In this document: positions 28,037 through 41,681 of the stretch, one piece after another
Layout of the letters: each line of letters starts with the position of its first letter
Position numbering within the stretch: position 1 is the first letter of the stretch
From: Schmidtea polychroa
Lineage: Eukaryota
Direction: 5' to 3'
NCBI GenBank assembly: GCA_044892525.1
Contig: CM097885.1
Span: 26,228,001 to 26,292,000, forward strand
DNA length: 64,000 nucleotides
Position numbers and translations under genes: made by a program
Notes under the pieces: model-generated
The model's database searches: none
Told to the model about the DNA's origin: nothing
What the model saw: only the letters and a program-made list of their open reading frames with translations

Positions 28037-29030
28037 TTGCAAGTAGATGAAGCTACTGATGTTATTAAGGATGCACACGTGATAATATATGTAAGATATG
28101 TTGTTGAAACCGATATTAAAGAAGACATGTTGTTCTGCAAACCTATTGAATTTAATACTACAGCAAAGGAAGTTTTTAAAATCATTGATATTTTTTTAAA
28201 GAAAATGGTATTCTACAGGAGAACTGTGTTGGGCTATGCACAGATGGAGATCCATCCATGGCTGGAAAAAACGCTGGTCTACAGGCTCTAGTTCGAAAGG
28301 TGGCTCCTCGTGCAGTTTGGACACATTGCATGATTCATAGACAAGCACTTGTATCAAAAAATATGAATGAAGATCTCCTCACAGTATTTGAAATTGTTAC
28401 AAGAGTTGTAAATTTTATTAAAAATAGCCCGTTAAGAGCAAGGATTTTTGCAAAATTGTATGATAACATGGGTTCAGAATATAGATCACTTCTATACTAT
28501 TGTGAGGTACGATGGCTTTCACGTGCTAAAGTACTTCAAAGGGTGTTTGAGCTAAAAGATGAAATCGCTACATTTCTAAGTGATAATAATAGAGATGAAG
28601 CACATTTGTTTTTTGATATGAAATTCGTTGTTAAACTTGCGTATTTAGTTGATATTTTTCAAAAACTTAGTATTTTAAACAAATCAATGCAAGGGGCTCA
28701 ATTATATACTTTTACGCAGAAAGACAAGATCACTGCATTTATCAAAAAAATAGAACTGTGGATATTATGTTTAAAAAATAATAACTTTGACATGTTTTTA
28801 ACTTTTAAACTTACCTGTCTCACTGAAGAAATAGAAGTAAAATTTTTATTAACAATCATTTGACAAGTTTACAGAAGCAATTTTCGTTGTACTTTAAGGA
28901 TTTAGACATGTCCAAATATGAATGGATTAGAAATCCATTTATGATTGAGGAATATAATGATTTTAAACTTACGACAGCAGAACAGGAAATGATTATTGAT
29001 TTATCTAGTAATAGCACATTAAAGCAGATT
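28037..29030 (+). pseudogene. hAT (Buster/Charlie, ZBED5/FAM200-like) transposase fragment
   Basis: QVDEATD, YVRY, EDMLFC, CTDG..SMAGK, THCMIHRQAL, CEVRWLSR, LAYLVDIF, WIRNPF; frameshifts; short copy at about 7980-8040. Confidence 0.92.
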
Positions 29031-29168
29031 CTTATTTTATGTCCAAATGAACATCCAAAATATATGAACTGGTTAGTACAAGAAATTTACCCATGGATTA
29101 AAGAAAACGGTGACTGGAAATATATAAAAAAAATTAGAGTTACATTTTTGGTTAAGAATTATGTGTAA
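29030..29168 (+). pseudogene. Bcl-2-like C-terminal (BH2) fragment
   Basis: YMNWLVQEIYPWIKENGDWKYI resembles BH2 and the 40813 exon (PWIEANGGW). Confidence 0.55.
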
Positions 29169-31409
29169 CGTTTTATTATATTTTTTGTCAGTTTAATAAA
29201 AATTTATAAACTTTGGTGGTTAATTTAACTTGCTTAAAATTCATATTTATTATTTACATATTAATAATAACATTCTAGATCAACCTTGAATGTTCTAAAA
29301 CATGCTAGTTGATTGGTAACAATAGTTATTTAGATGTTCTTATTTTGGATTGGCTCAAATTTTGATTGGATGAAAATTTATTTAATGCCAATTTTAAATA
29401 GTGAAATATTTTCATATAAAATATAAAGTTGTTCTTCATTCGTTATTCATATAATAAATTCTATGCTTTGTCGGTACATATTTGTAACAATTTAAAAATG
29501 AAATGCGACAAATATCGGGCTATGGCAGCAGGAAATAAAACGCCTTTAAAAGCAGCACGGAGCAATATAAAATACAGTTTTGAAAATAAAATTTACATCT
29601 TTACAAAAAAATTTCCTGTTTTTAAGAAACAATCCATTTTGTATGCTATTTTCGTGTTCCAATGAGTTTCTTTTTCTCGTGTTACAACTACCGTATCGCT
29701 GTGTATGAATCCTTTATGAAGGGTTCTACTGTCGGTTTCGCTCCCTGGCTTCGATATCACTCTTTGCAATAGGTTCGCCAGTGGTCAAAATTTAAAGACT
29801 ACTTTGCAGTCATAGTAGTCTAACCATAAAGGATGTTGAAAGAGAACTCACGCCATTTCTAATTTTATTCTGCTATATGCAGAGAAGTGTGTACTCGACT
29901 TGATGCATGCAAATATACACAATATTGTCACACAATCAAATTAATGTGACACAATTTTAAATTATAAAATAAATCAAATTTTTTAATTAAATGAAATCTA
30001 AGTAAGAATAATTAATTAATTTAAAATTATTTTATTTAAGTAATTTGGGACCTAATGTGTCTTCTATCGGTATTCCAAGAACCCGTCTGAATGTTATAAT
30101 TCAAATGCACTGAGATTCGCTCACTTGTCGTGAGTATTCCCTCATTCGACATAAAAAAATGTTGTTCACTTAATGGATGGTAAATCGTATTGTATCTTGA
30201 GTTGTTCTGCAAACTGCACTGACGGGTAATATATTGATTACCTTGAACCACCATAATTATTTGAAAATAAAATCAATTTATTTAGCAACAAAATCTCCGA
30301 GCTTTGTAGGCGAAATATAATTATGTCAAACAACAAATAATTAAATTTATCAAGGACTTTACGGCTCCTCAGGATCCCAGAAATCAATTGATCGTCGAGC
30401 GACAAGAAGAGCCCTATAAAGGAACTAAAAACTCAGACAAATCACCATAATAATCGAAGCCAAAAAGTAAGTGAAAAATTAAAGCAAAAGGTTAAGAAGC
30501 GATAGAAAACTTTATTAAAGTTCAATCAGATTCGTTTTACTGCTTGAAGCGGATTTTCATAATGTCAAGCAAATATCGATTGTATCGGTGAAAATTTGAA
30601 TAAATATGTAATGAAAAAGTGATTATTCTGATCGATGTTATTTAGATGTTGTTATCGGTAATTGCTTAGATAATTAACTATTGTTTTAATCAATATTTCA
30701 AATTAATCGTTAAATTTTTATCAAACAAGATTTTATTTCGCTGTTGTTGTTAAATATTTATTTTGTTTTCTTTAAGATAATTATCAAACCAAAAAAAATA
30801 TAAAAAAACCAAAGAAAAATGCCAAATATTAATCAAAAGGTAAAATTTTATTTATTTTATATATATAAATTTTTCTTCTAGAAAAATTATGGATGCTTAT
30901 TACCATTCTTTATTCTGTTTATTTACTCGATATTACTAAATAAGTAAACACTGTTCGGTCAAATATTTACGACACAAATTACTACCCGCTTATAAGTTGG
31001 TATATGGCCCACATAATGTATGTTAGGGATATTTAAATAATTAATTTATAAATAAAATATATATTATATTATAAGAAAAAGTATAATAAATATAAAAGCT
31101 GGCACGCATAATTAGCATTATTATTTAATAAATTAATTCGCCATTTAAATCGGGTGTTTTAATAATATCAGATTTAGGCAATAATTTGTATTTTGTATTA
31201 AAAATAAATATTTATAGATTATTAACTGGTTATTATTAACATGGCGACCCTCATAAATCGCGACAGGTTGTATATGTTTATGATCATCGAGAAAACAAGC
31301 CCCAGAGTATACATTAGTAACAACTGAAGGTGTTGAGTCCAAAATTTTCCGTACAGTCAGGCGTTTTGCTATCCTTAGCCATTTATTTTAGATAAAAATT
31401 CTTCGCATT

Positions 31410-31476
31410 GTGTGCGGCCCCCGAATAGTTTTTTTTGCATTGCGGCCCTCTGGTTTCCCGAGGTTGGACAGCCCTG
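31410..31476. mobile_element. hAT (Charlie-type) terminus
   Basis: gcggccc subterminal repeats followed by ggttggacagccctg; no partner end found. Confidence 0.6.
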
Positions 31477-34107
31477 ATATCGATAATTATCTTAATGCAA
31501 ATAAATGTTAGGTTTTATATAATTTTGAATAAATTGAAATTGAAAAAAAATGCGCCCAAATCTTTGAATTTCTTTGTTACTTAATTAATATTTTAATTTA
31601 TTTTTTAATAATATTTAAACATTATAAACATTAAAAGCTTTATGATTTCCAGTGCAGATCAAAAATAGTAGATTATTTTGTTCATGTAAGAGGCGCGAGG
31701 AATTCTTTCCGCACCAGGTAAGTATACAATATCACTGATCTACCTTTATTGCAAAAAAAATTTGCATTCAAACTGTAGCACGAAGAATTGACAATATTTC
31801 AAATGAAATTTGTTCTACGCTGGACATGGTTATGCCATTTTTTATTTTTCGCTGTGAAAAAATGTATTTGTAATGTTTTATAAACAAATTTTATTATTTG
31901 GACATAACTGATGTATATCATTGATTTATAGGTGATAGGTACAAATGTTATCCAGCCGCTCAATGATATATGAATGCCAACAACCACTACATCATATAAG
32001 CAATATAGAGAAAGCATTAGATGATGCAATCAAAAAACCATTCTTGCAACACGTAATTACGTCATGTTTTTGATACATCATCGATGACAAATCAAAAAAT
32101 ACTCTCTTGTTTACAAGCTTAAACAGTATGTAGGTAACCTATAATATTAGCAGTCTGTTAATCAGCAATAGAAAATAAATCGTACTATTATAAAATCTCT
32201 TATAAAACCAACAAATTAAATAGTTAAAATTGTTAATATCAACAATGAAATATAAGCTTACGTTGATATTATTTATTTTCGGCTTCATATCTTGCAATTA
32301 GCTTTATCTGACATCTTTTTTAAAATAAAAGCCGTTGATAAGATTCAATTATACGCGTGCAATTTTAAACGATCTATCTACACGTGTGATTTATAAATTA
32401 ATCGTCCTATTTAAACCATCTATGTCTTGGAAATGTAAAATCAATAATTTTAATAATAAAATCTATTGTCAAGATTATCATTGTAATGTATCCAAAAGCA
32501 TGAAAAATCCGGTTGATGAATACTTTTTGATTGCGTTATTTACAAGAAATTCTAAACGTCTAAAAATATATAAAATTTCAATTTAAAATTACTACTTTTT
32601 GATTTTCAATCGAGGAAAGCATTTTATATTGCATTATATAATTCAAAATATTCAAACAAGAATAATATTTGAAATTTTACTTTAAAGTAATTACTAAATA
32701 AAGTAATATTTAAGTTTCAAAAATAAATTTTGAATTAAGATATTTTTTATTTAAACAATATTAATTTTAAAAGTTTTGTATTTTTAAAATATATGTAAAA
32801 ATTGAAAAAAATACTAGTAAACTAATTTCTAATAGAGAATGTAAATGAAATTTAAATTGTGAATAAATCTCTATTTATTTTCCATTTATTGTCTTTTTCT
32901 CTGGTTTCTTAAAATTACCCGTTAAATTTGACTGACTAGTGTATTCATCGATTTTCAATTCTCTGGCTACTATGATAGAATATTTCTGTGTCAATCATCT
33001 GTCATAATTTAATTTTCAAATAGAACTTTAGGAAATATTAAATTAACTTACCTTTAGCAACCAATTATATTTTATTAAAAACTTTGTCTAAAAATTCACT
33101 ATCGATTTGAAATTATGGTATTCTTATTTGTTTCATTCATTTCCAACCCCTCACATCTTGTTTTCTGAAAAATACTTTGAATTTAAAAATAATTTAATTA
33201 AATTTAGTATTTGGGTAAAATTTTATATTTCAATTGCTTTCTTTGTGTTCCGATTGGAGGAAATTTTAAATCTGTGGTCGTTTACACATATCCATCAGTG
33301 TTATTTCTCACATATCTCTGTCTTTTTTTGTAATTCCGCATAACTATTAATAACCACTAAGTAATACTGCTATTGATGTCGGTGCTTAACCCTGTTTCAA
33401 GAACTATTGAAGGTCTGGCGTTCTTCTTAGTTCACTGACTAATCACAGCCCTTTTTTCTATCGGTCGGTTACATGTGGTAGAATCTTTCACTTCTAGCTG
33501 CTCATCTGGTGTACACTTTCGATGTCTATTTTTCTCACTAGCAACCACGCATAATTATTTAAATCGGCCACTAAACGTCAGTAGCAAATGACGTTTGTAC
33601 TTTGATTTAGCGGGTGTCTGTCATCAAATGAAGAGTTCTAAAATAAGTACTGATAATGATCCGACGAGCCTCTGGGTTCATGGGCTACCGTAAAATATAT
33701 TGAGCTTCATTTTCTCTTGCCCCTTCACCGTTTTATATTTTACTTAATCTCTTAGTAATTTTCATCGACCTCAGTAATTGAGTAAAAGTGAAATTGTTTA
33801 TGTTGTAAAATTATACTTTACGAATTAATCCTATTTGAGATCCGATTGAAAACTAATACTATATATTTTGTGTGTCTATTTCACCTACTTATTTATTAAT
33901 AAGACTATATTGAATATGTGTGTGTTAATTTTGATTTGATCTACATCGATTAAGCGGTGGCCTATTTTAAAGTCGATTTGACCTACATAAATTAATTATA
34001 AATTAATATAAATTAATATAAATATTATAAATATTATATATAAATATTATAAATATTATATAAATATTATTAATATAAAATTAATATAAATTAATTATAA
34101 ATTGTAC

Positions 34108-34352
34108 CGCTACTGACCACTAAAGATAATCCACTGAAGTATCCATTTCCAGATCTCTTATAAAGTTGTAAGCAATGTATAATGATCTCACAATCCCCAT
34201 TTCATTTGACCATCAAATATCACATCGAATACGCTTTTAAGAGCATTTTTTGTCCAGATTAGTTCTCTTGTTCAAGATCCATAAAAATAAATTAGTTTCT
34301 TTTCAAAGATGGTCTCAGAATCAGACGCAAGAGATTGTAGACTATTGATCTT
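34108..34352 (-). pseudogene. Bcl-2-like exon remnant (BH3/BH1-like)
   Basis: LQSLASDSETIF...LKSVFDVIFDGQMKWG/IVRSLY...DYL*WSVA|GT; exon ends at the same W-S-x-x position as the gene at 40611. Confidence 0.55.
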
Positions 34353-36061
34353 TTGGATCGATTATTAACTCATCCAATGATAAATTTTCTTAACTATTTA
34401 TTTCTGAAACAAATGAATTAAAATTATATTACGATATGCCTGATTTACAATGTCATTGCAGTTCATTTGCGTATTTAACAAAGATAATGCAGTTTATTTG
34501 CTAGATTAACAAAGATATTTTAACTCATTTTGTTGGTTTTCTAATGGTATTTACCTTATCAGACCCAGATGACCTTCTAGAAATTCGTTAACACAACTGC
34601 AACTTTATATGCGCGATAAAGGTGGCAGCTCATTCCGTCGTGTTTTGGTAAATTGACTGTTCTTTTGGTTTGGGGTCGATGACAGGATATGTAAAAGATG
34701 CTGTGGATTGCAGTTCGAGCTTGGGGCACTTGAAGACTCGTTACTTCCTGATGTGACTAAGTGATTGGCATATTTATAAATAAAACCCTAAATAACTACT
34801 TTATACAATTTCTCACTGGTAAATGGAACCCATGGGTCATTTCTTCAATTAATTCATCACTATGGAATTGCTCACTCGTCTCAAGCTTCCGTGATTTTGG
34901 TGGTATCTCAATGGCGAGTCGTCCCAGTAGGTGCCTTTAATTGATTCTGTGCATTTCGGTACGGTCGCTTTCTTTTGTTTTGACCTGTAGATGGATTGCA
35001 ATGGTGGATTTCTGCATGTTCCACCGCCACCAAGCAGATCCGTTCGGCCGCATCACGACCCAAGCCCCTCTGATGTAGATCCGTATAGAACTTGTAATTT
35101 GAGGGCACGGGTCGTGGTTTGATCCTGTGTGCCTTTTAGCTGCAGCTGTTGAATGAGCTGCATTCGTATTTGCATCTCACTGCGGCTAAACCAGGTGCCC
35201 TCTAGTTCCCGGCACCGGCTCCCGAATTTGATGACTCTGCATTGGAGAGCTTCCACTTGTTTTTCAGCCCTCTCATGATCCTTATGCATCTTTAAGAGAA
35301 GTTCGATCACTACAATTAAAAATTTTAATATTTGTGAAGGAACATCATGTATTTAATTTTAGATGTTAAATTTTATTGAGATGAAGTACGCCTTCTAGAT
35401 TTCCTGGTTACAAATCAAATATAGAGCTTCCCCAGACCACTGGTTCGGATAATATCCAAAATTTACTAGTGCTACTATTATTCTCTACTCCTTCTGTGAT
35501 AGACCCTGCCAGTCTGGCGTTAAGAGCTGCCAGTATTGTAGCGTCCAAGCGGATCTCCATCAAGATTCTCAAGGACGCCCGACCAAAGCTCTTGGTCGTT
35601 TGTAGGATGTGCGAGATCGCCAAATGACGGCCTTCTAATTGGCCGATTTGGCTGGACTTGCGACCACCTCCTTCTTGAGAGTAGTCAAAGCCTGTCTCCC
35701 GCTGGCGATATCCGTCTGCGCATGATGGAACCCGTCGTTCCACGAATGGATCTTATACCAGACCCACTCGGTGCGTAATCTCGTGATCAATTTGGTCGGT
35801 GGATCTTGGTCAGTAGCTGGCGACTCTCCCGTTTCGGATTGAATATCTTGATAGTGGTCTCCTGATCATGGGCTGGCTGGGCTTAATTATAATTAATAGT
35901 AATTAATAGTAATTTTTTGGCTTTTTATTATAATTATTTCTTAATTAGTAAATTAGTTCAATCTTTTTGATATTATTTCTTATAATAATTATAAAATTAG
36001 GTTTTGGGTATTTATTTGAATAAAGAGAAGTATGTATTTTAGATATTTTCCTTAAGCTTAT

Positions 36062-37602
36062 TGTTGAGGTAATGTCGCTGTAATTTATCTATGTACAGAG
36101 ATTAGATAGAAAATTTTTATATTTTTTAATGTTGTCATCAGGTAGTCTGTCATTTAAGAATTAAGTAACTATTTTTCTTAGTTGTGATTTTATTAGGTTT
36201 ATGGTGGGTAATGTAATTACTTCTCTGGCAAATATAAATGGCAAATATAGAAACTTGACTCTTGTATGCTGCAAGTTTGGTATTGTAATTCAGTTATTGT
36301 TATAGTGGTTGGAGAGATTATGTTTTCTAAGTTTAATATTTTATTTGTTGGATGATGAGGATAGGCCCATCACCACATTTACCCTCAATAAATACTATAA
36401 GACGGAGCACAGAAAATATAGGGTTAATATATGTGCCGAAGAAAGTCAATAAAGTGAATCACTGGGAAACAACACAATCCAGGCAATATTCGTCCAGAAA
36501 CAATCAATTATCCCTCATGTTATCAAGTCTAGCAACATTGACTATTTTATCTATATGACGGTTTCATATTTTAAGTGTATCATGACTATTTCTATTTTTA
36601 TTTCTATGACAACTGACTCCTTTATGATATAAATTTCTTTATTCTGTATATATTGTATTAGTTAACTTTTATTGTATATATTTAGCTAACAATTGATCAT
36701 CCTTTCTGATATATCTCATCTAGAAAATTTTATTCTTTAATATAATGTACATACAGGGTTGCCAGATTTTGAAAATATCATGTCGGGAGTAACGAAAAAA
36801 AATGAAGGATGAAGGATGGCTGACTAATAATGAACACTACATTTATTATATAGCATTTTACAAATCGGGAGTTTTCGGCATGTATATCGGGAGTCGGGAA
36901 ATATACTTTCATAACGGGAGACTCCCGACGAAATCGGGAGGTCTGGCAACCCTGTGTACATATATGGTTTTGTGATTTATATTGATTTATTATTATAAAA
37001 TTATATTTTATTACATACTTAACATTTAAATTAAAAGGGACTAAATGATAAAACATTGATATTAACTAAATATAGTATTATTATAAAATTTAAATAAACC
37101 ATTAGTATAAAAAATCATTACTATTAAAATTGAAAAAATATATAAACATAGATAAACGTTAATATTATATTAAAATATAACACGCAATAGGATATTAATT
37201 TTACGATATATTAAAACAAATATAATTAATATATTAATATTCCGTGCGTATAGGCCGGAAATAAAATATTTTATTTATTAAGTTTAAAAAACAGTATATA
37301 TATCTTAACAATATTTAGTACAATCGCCAAAAATTAGCATTCTTACGACTATTCAAAGGTTAATCCGGAGAATAATATAAAATCCGAAACAGTACATACA
37401 CATTCACTATATAACATAATAACAAAAACACATCTTATTTTGCAATTATCAATTATTTGAGTCAATCTGTGTGAATCAATCAAGAACTGAAAATGCTTAT
37501 TTTTGGTAAATATTATTTATAATAAATATTTATATTGAGACTTGTGTTTTATTTATACAAGAACCAACAAAGTTGAGTCTCTCAAATATTGAGACCTCAA
37601 CA
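36062..37602 (+). mobile_element. Putative LTR followed by a primer-binding site
   Basis: TGTTGAGGT...ACCTCAACA terminal inverted ends; AATAAA near the 3' end; TGGTGCCGCGAACCAGGA follows at 37605-37622. The left boundary is less certain. Confidence 0.65.
36754..36954. mobile_element. 201-bp hAT-type MITE
   Basis: TIR CAGGGTTGCCAGA...TCTGGCAACCCTG with perfect 8-bp TSD TGTACATA; internal TCGGGAG repeats. Confidence 0.95.
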
Positions 37603-37604
37603 TT

Positions 37605-37622
37605 TGGTGCCGCGAACCAGGA
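37605..37622 (+). promoter_or_regulatory. tRNA primer-binding site
   Basis: TGG-starting GC-rich 18-mer two nt after the LTR-ending CA; the priming tRNA was not identified. Confidence 0.65.
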
Positions 37623-37649
37623 CTTTAAAATCTAGAACAAAGGAACATA

Positions 37650-37988
37650 GTGCTGGCCAGGAAAAACAAGAAACTAGAGAACGAAAGAAGGATGTACGAT
37701 GAGAACATCAAAAACCTGGAAAAAGAAATCGAAAAATGGAAAAACGGCGAAAAAGCAGAAGAATTGGAAAAACAAATGGAAGTAAGAGACGATCTAACAA
37801 GGTATCTGACATACTTGTTAGACGAGGAATTAAATGTCTCAAGGGCATTAAGGGACGAAGTCCACGAGCTGAGGGCTCAACTTCCCAGATATTACCTACC
37901 ATACGACCCCTCGCTATACATCTGGAGTCACTGGTCGAAAGCGATGAAGGATACGGGGGTCAGGAGGAAACTTTTGTGTAAAAACTAA
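37650..37988 (+). CDS. Coiled-coil ORF downstream of the PBS (LTR element leader or gag-region ORF)
   Basis: 112-aa K/E-rich heptad-like ORF, GTG start. Confidence 0.45.
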   Translation: MLARKNKKLENERRMYDENIKNLEKEIEKWKNGEKAEELEKQMEVRDDLTRYLTYLLDEELNVSRALRDEVHELRAQLPRYYLPYDPSLYIWSHWSKAMKDTGVRRKLLCKN

Positions 37989-38291
37989 TAAAAAGACAAA
38001 AAATATAAAATCGGGAGCTATATCCCCCCAAAAAAAATTAGGAGTACTTTAAAAGTAGTAAAGGGACTGTAACTCTGCGTATATAGAATAACATATAAAT
38101 GTATAAGTATAAGTCGCATTGTAACGCAACTATTAATTGTAAATATTGTAGAAACGGAAAAATGAAAATCGAATAAATAACAACAACAACGGTGACCGAA
38201 ATAGAAGAAGGAGAAATTGAAGTGGAAGAAGTAGAAAGAAAGAGAACAATCAAGGAAGAGTTACAAGAGGAGAAACAGGAAAACGAACGAT

Positions 38292-38690
38292 AGTAGATGG
38301 ATTGGGCACCGCTGGCACAGGGCACCCCTAGCACAGTACCCCCCCCCCCCCCCCCGCCGTAAAATTAAAAAAAAATTTTCAAGGTCAAATTTTAAACAAA
38401 GACATATGACTCATCCGATGACTCATCAAATTTCTCAAGGTCATTTAAACAAAGACCATGACTCATCCTATGACTCATCAAGGCCATTTTCAAGGTCATA
38501 TGACTCATAACATGACTCATCAAGGACATTTTTAAGGTCATATATTTATTATTATTTTTAAAAAATATTATTTTTTTATTTTTAATTTGTTCAAAGTTCC
38601 CGCCAACGAAAATTATTCATCGATAGCTCATTTTAAAGCTCAATCCAAGACCTTTCGAATGAGCCATATATCCTGTTATTAAGATTATTA
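38292..38690 (+). repeat. Left TIR of the Maverick
   Basis: Blocks reverse-complementary to 48570-48719 and 47990-48070, e.g. caaattttaaacaaagacatatgactcatc and caatccaagacctttcgaatgag. Confidence 0.85.
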
Positions 38691-38700
38691 TTTCTAAAGA

Positions 38701-38851
<151 letters not shown>

Positions 38852-39159
38852 CTATATACTCCGAGTCTATCCGACAAATTATTTTGTCCCCCTATGGGTA
38901 ATGCACACAAGGGTACTGCTCACGCTCAACAACTCACAAGGGTATTATTAAACAAATCAACATTGTATTATTATTATTATTATTATTAATATTATTATTA
39001 TTATTAATCTATATACTCCGAGTCTTTCCGACAAAATATTTTGTCCCCCTATGGGTACTGCTCACGCTCAACAACTCGCAAATCAACAAATCAACAAAAC
39101 ATACATTTATTTAAACAATAAAATAATGTTAAATTAACAAAGGTAAACTAAATATTGAT

Positions 39160-39813
39160 TTACATGTATATAGTATGATATTCATTAATCAGTGTTGAAC
39201 AGGCTTGACACTTGCGAACATTCTTCTCGTGACACTTAGAACAAACAATTACGTGACCACATGGTAAATACAAAACCGAAACTCGATTTTCTTTACAAAT
39301 TGAACAAGTTAAATACCTTTTCTTAACATCGTTCAGTTTTTTCGTTAGCTTATTTTCAATCAAATCAGCTTTTGCTATCCATTCATAAATCAATCCACTA
39401 TATCCCGGTTTCAACCTTAAATACATACAACTCCAAAAGTATTCATTCAGTGAATCGTTGTTTACCGATATTTTTTCTAAGTACATTAAATAACTAGATA
39501 ACTTTAAAATGGATTTATCATAATTAAATAAATCAATCAAATATTCAATAGAGGAATGTTTGAAAATCTTTAAAATATTTATGATTTGCTTATCACTGTA
39601 AGTATCATGATTATTTATAAAATCTTCAACTGTGTTGTTAAAAAATTTCAATGAACGCTTATCTTCGGAATAGGTTGGACTTAATTTTTCCTTATTTCTA
39701 GTAGGACTTCCTTGCTATAAATGACACATATATAAAAAATATTGACAAAATAATAAAGTTACCAAATGTGTTTTATGATTTACACATTCAACAGTTTTAT
39801 TTGTAGAAATCAT
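39160..39813 (-). CDS. Spliced C3HC4 RING-finger protein (IAP/MDM2-type C-terminal RING), 201 aa
   Basis: Exon 39813-39763, 48-nt GT-AG intron, exon 39714-39160 in frame; CSIC...LYLPCGHVIVCSKC...CQAC; no BIR domain seen. Confidence 0.85.
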
Positions 39814-39986
39814 TAGTAATAAATTTCTTAATAACTAAATTACTTTTGTTTTTACATTTATAAAAATTGAGATAGCCAATCAAATTAGAGTTTTCAAAAT
39901 GTAGAAATTGTAACCATGGTTGAACCTTCAAATGTATAACAATAATAATAATAAGCATGACTAGTACCCTTGCAACCTGTTGAAAG

Positions 39987-40290
<304 letters not shown>

Positions 40291-40610
40291 GTCATTATTA
40301 TAGTCATTGATATAGCTGCATGCTCACTGCAGACTATATAAAAATCACCATTAAATACTTATAAAAATTATAATAAAACAACAAACCAAATACTTGAAAA
40401 AATTAAAAAAAAAATCTGGTTACAAATTTTTATTCAATATGTATATATATATAAATACAAGTTTTATTCAATATACAAGTTATAATACAAGTTATAAATA
40501 CAAGTTTTTTATACAAGTTTTTGTAAATCAAAATAAAAGTTTCTATACAATTTTCACAATTTTCAGTTGTCCTATTTAAATTTTAATCCTATTTAATTTT
40601 CATCTCCCAG

Positions 40611-40992
40611 TTTCGAAAGTTATACTTCAATAGAATATTTCACTGTCTTTTCGATGAAGACATGAAATGGACAAGGATAATTATAGGATTCACCTACATG
40701 AAGATAATCATTGCAAAAGGTCAACATGACTCAGAACATTATTATCAGTGGTCTTTAGAAGTAAGATTTCTTTTATAATCTACATATATATTTTAATAAT
40801 ATTCATTTCTAGATAATCAAGTCCAAGTTTACCCCATGGATAGAAGCCAATGGCGGATGGGGTGTATTAAATAAACTGGCCTGCGATGTTAAAGAAACTG
40901 ACGAAATCAAAAGAAAAATGAAAAACTATATAAAACGTACAACTGGAGTTGTTATAATGTATATTTTCTGTAGATATATGAATAAAAATTAA
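40611..40992 (+). CDS. Spliced Bcl-2-family-like protein (5' exon not located)
   Basis: Exon 40611-40760 with BH1-like LFDEDMKWTRIIIGFTY; 52-nt GT-AG intron; exon 40813-40992 with BH2-like PWIEANGGW and a hydrophobic tail; open after splicing. Confidence 0.75.
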
Positions 40993-41261
40993 TGTTATTG
41001 TTTTTAATAGTATATTTAAATGAAAATAATTCAATTTTAAAATTTATTACCACAATCGCAGTCGTCATCTCCACATTTCATTATATTTTCAACGACATGA
41101 TCTACACAACCTTTATCTGTAGTCATTATTACCACTTTAAAACTATATTATAAGTTTGTTTATAGGATTTTCTTTGTTAAATTTGCATGTCATTTGCATT
41201 AATGTTGCAATTAATAAAGAGAAAAAAACAAATATGACTAATACATTTATTAAATATAATA

Positions 41262-41681
41262 TTAAAATAGTTGTGAAAGTCTAGCAGACATAATTTTCCA
41301 AATTGGAGAATACACATCATTATTATCAACTTTATATCCTTGGATTGCTATTGTTATATACCAATTTTCGTTTTCTTTGAAGCTGATTTCATCAAAGGAA
41401 TTATAAAATCTTGCATATCGGTTGTTGAAAAATGCATGTTGATTACAAGATAGATTCGTATTCAACCGTTTGAAAACCTCATCAATAGATTTAACATCTA
41501 ACATTGAAAGCGTGCCGGATAAGAATTGAAATTTAGTCGGAATTAGCTTGATCGGTGACACCAATTTCATATTGATTTCTTCTTTTAAAAAATACATTTT
41601 ATAGTTGTGGAACATTTGAACAGGTTGTACAAGTTCTGGAACAACTTTTGACTTTTCAGTGCTTGAAATTTTCTTTGTCAT
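41262..41681 (-). CDS. Maverick accessory ORF, 139 aa (possible OB-fold/SSB-like)
   Basis: Intact ATG ORF with an upstream CCAAT box; beta-rich C-terminus ITIAIQGYKV...PIWKI; function speculative. Confidence 0.5.
   Translation of the reverse strand: MTKKISSTEKSKVVPELVQPVQMFHNYKMYFLKEEINMKLVSPIKLIPTKFQFLSGTLSMLDVKSIDEVFKRLNTNLSCNQHAFFNNRYARFYNSFDEISFKENENWYITIAIQGYKVDNNDVYSPIWKIMSARLSQLF

Noticed and set aside
29400..33800. Host gene in the AT-rich interval
   Set aside because: Only short stop-ridden ORFs; no consistent exon chain or domain.
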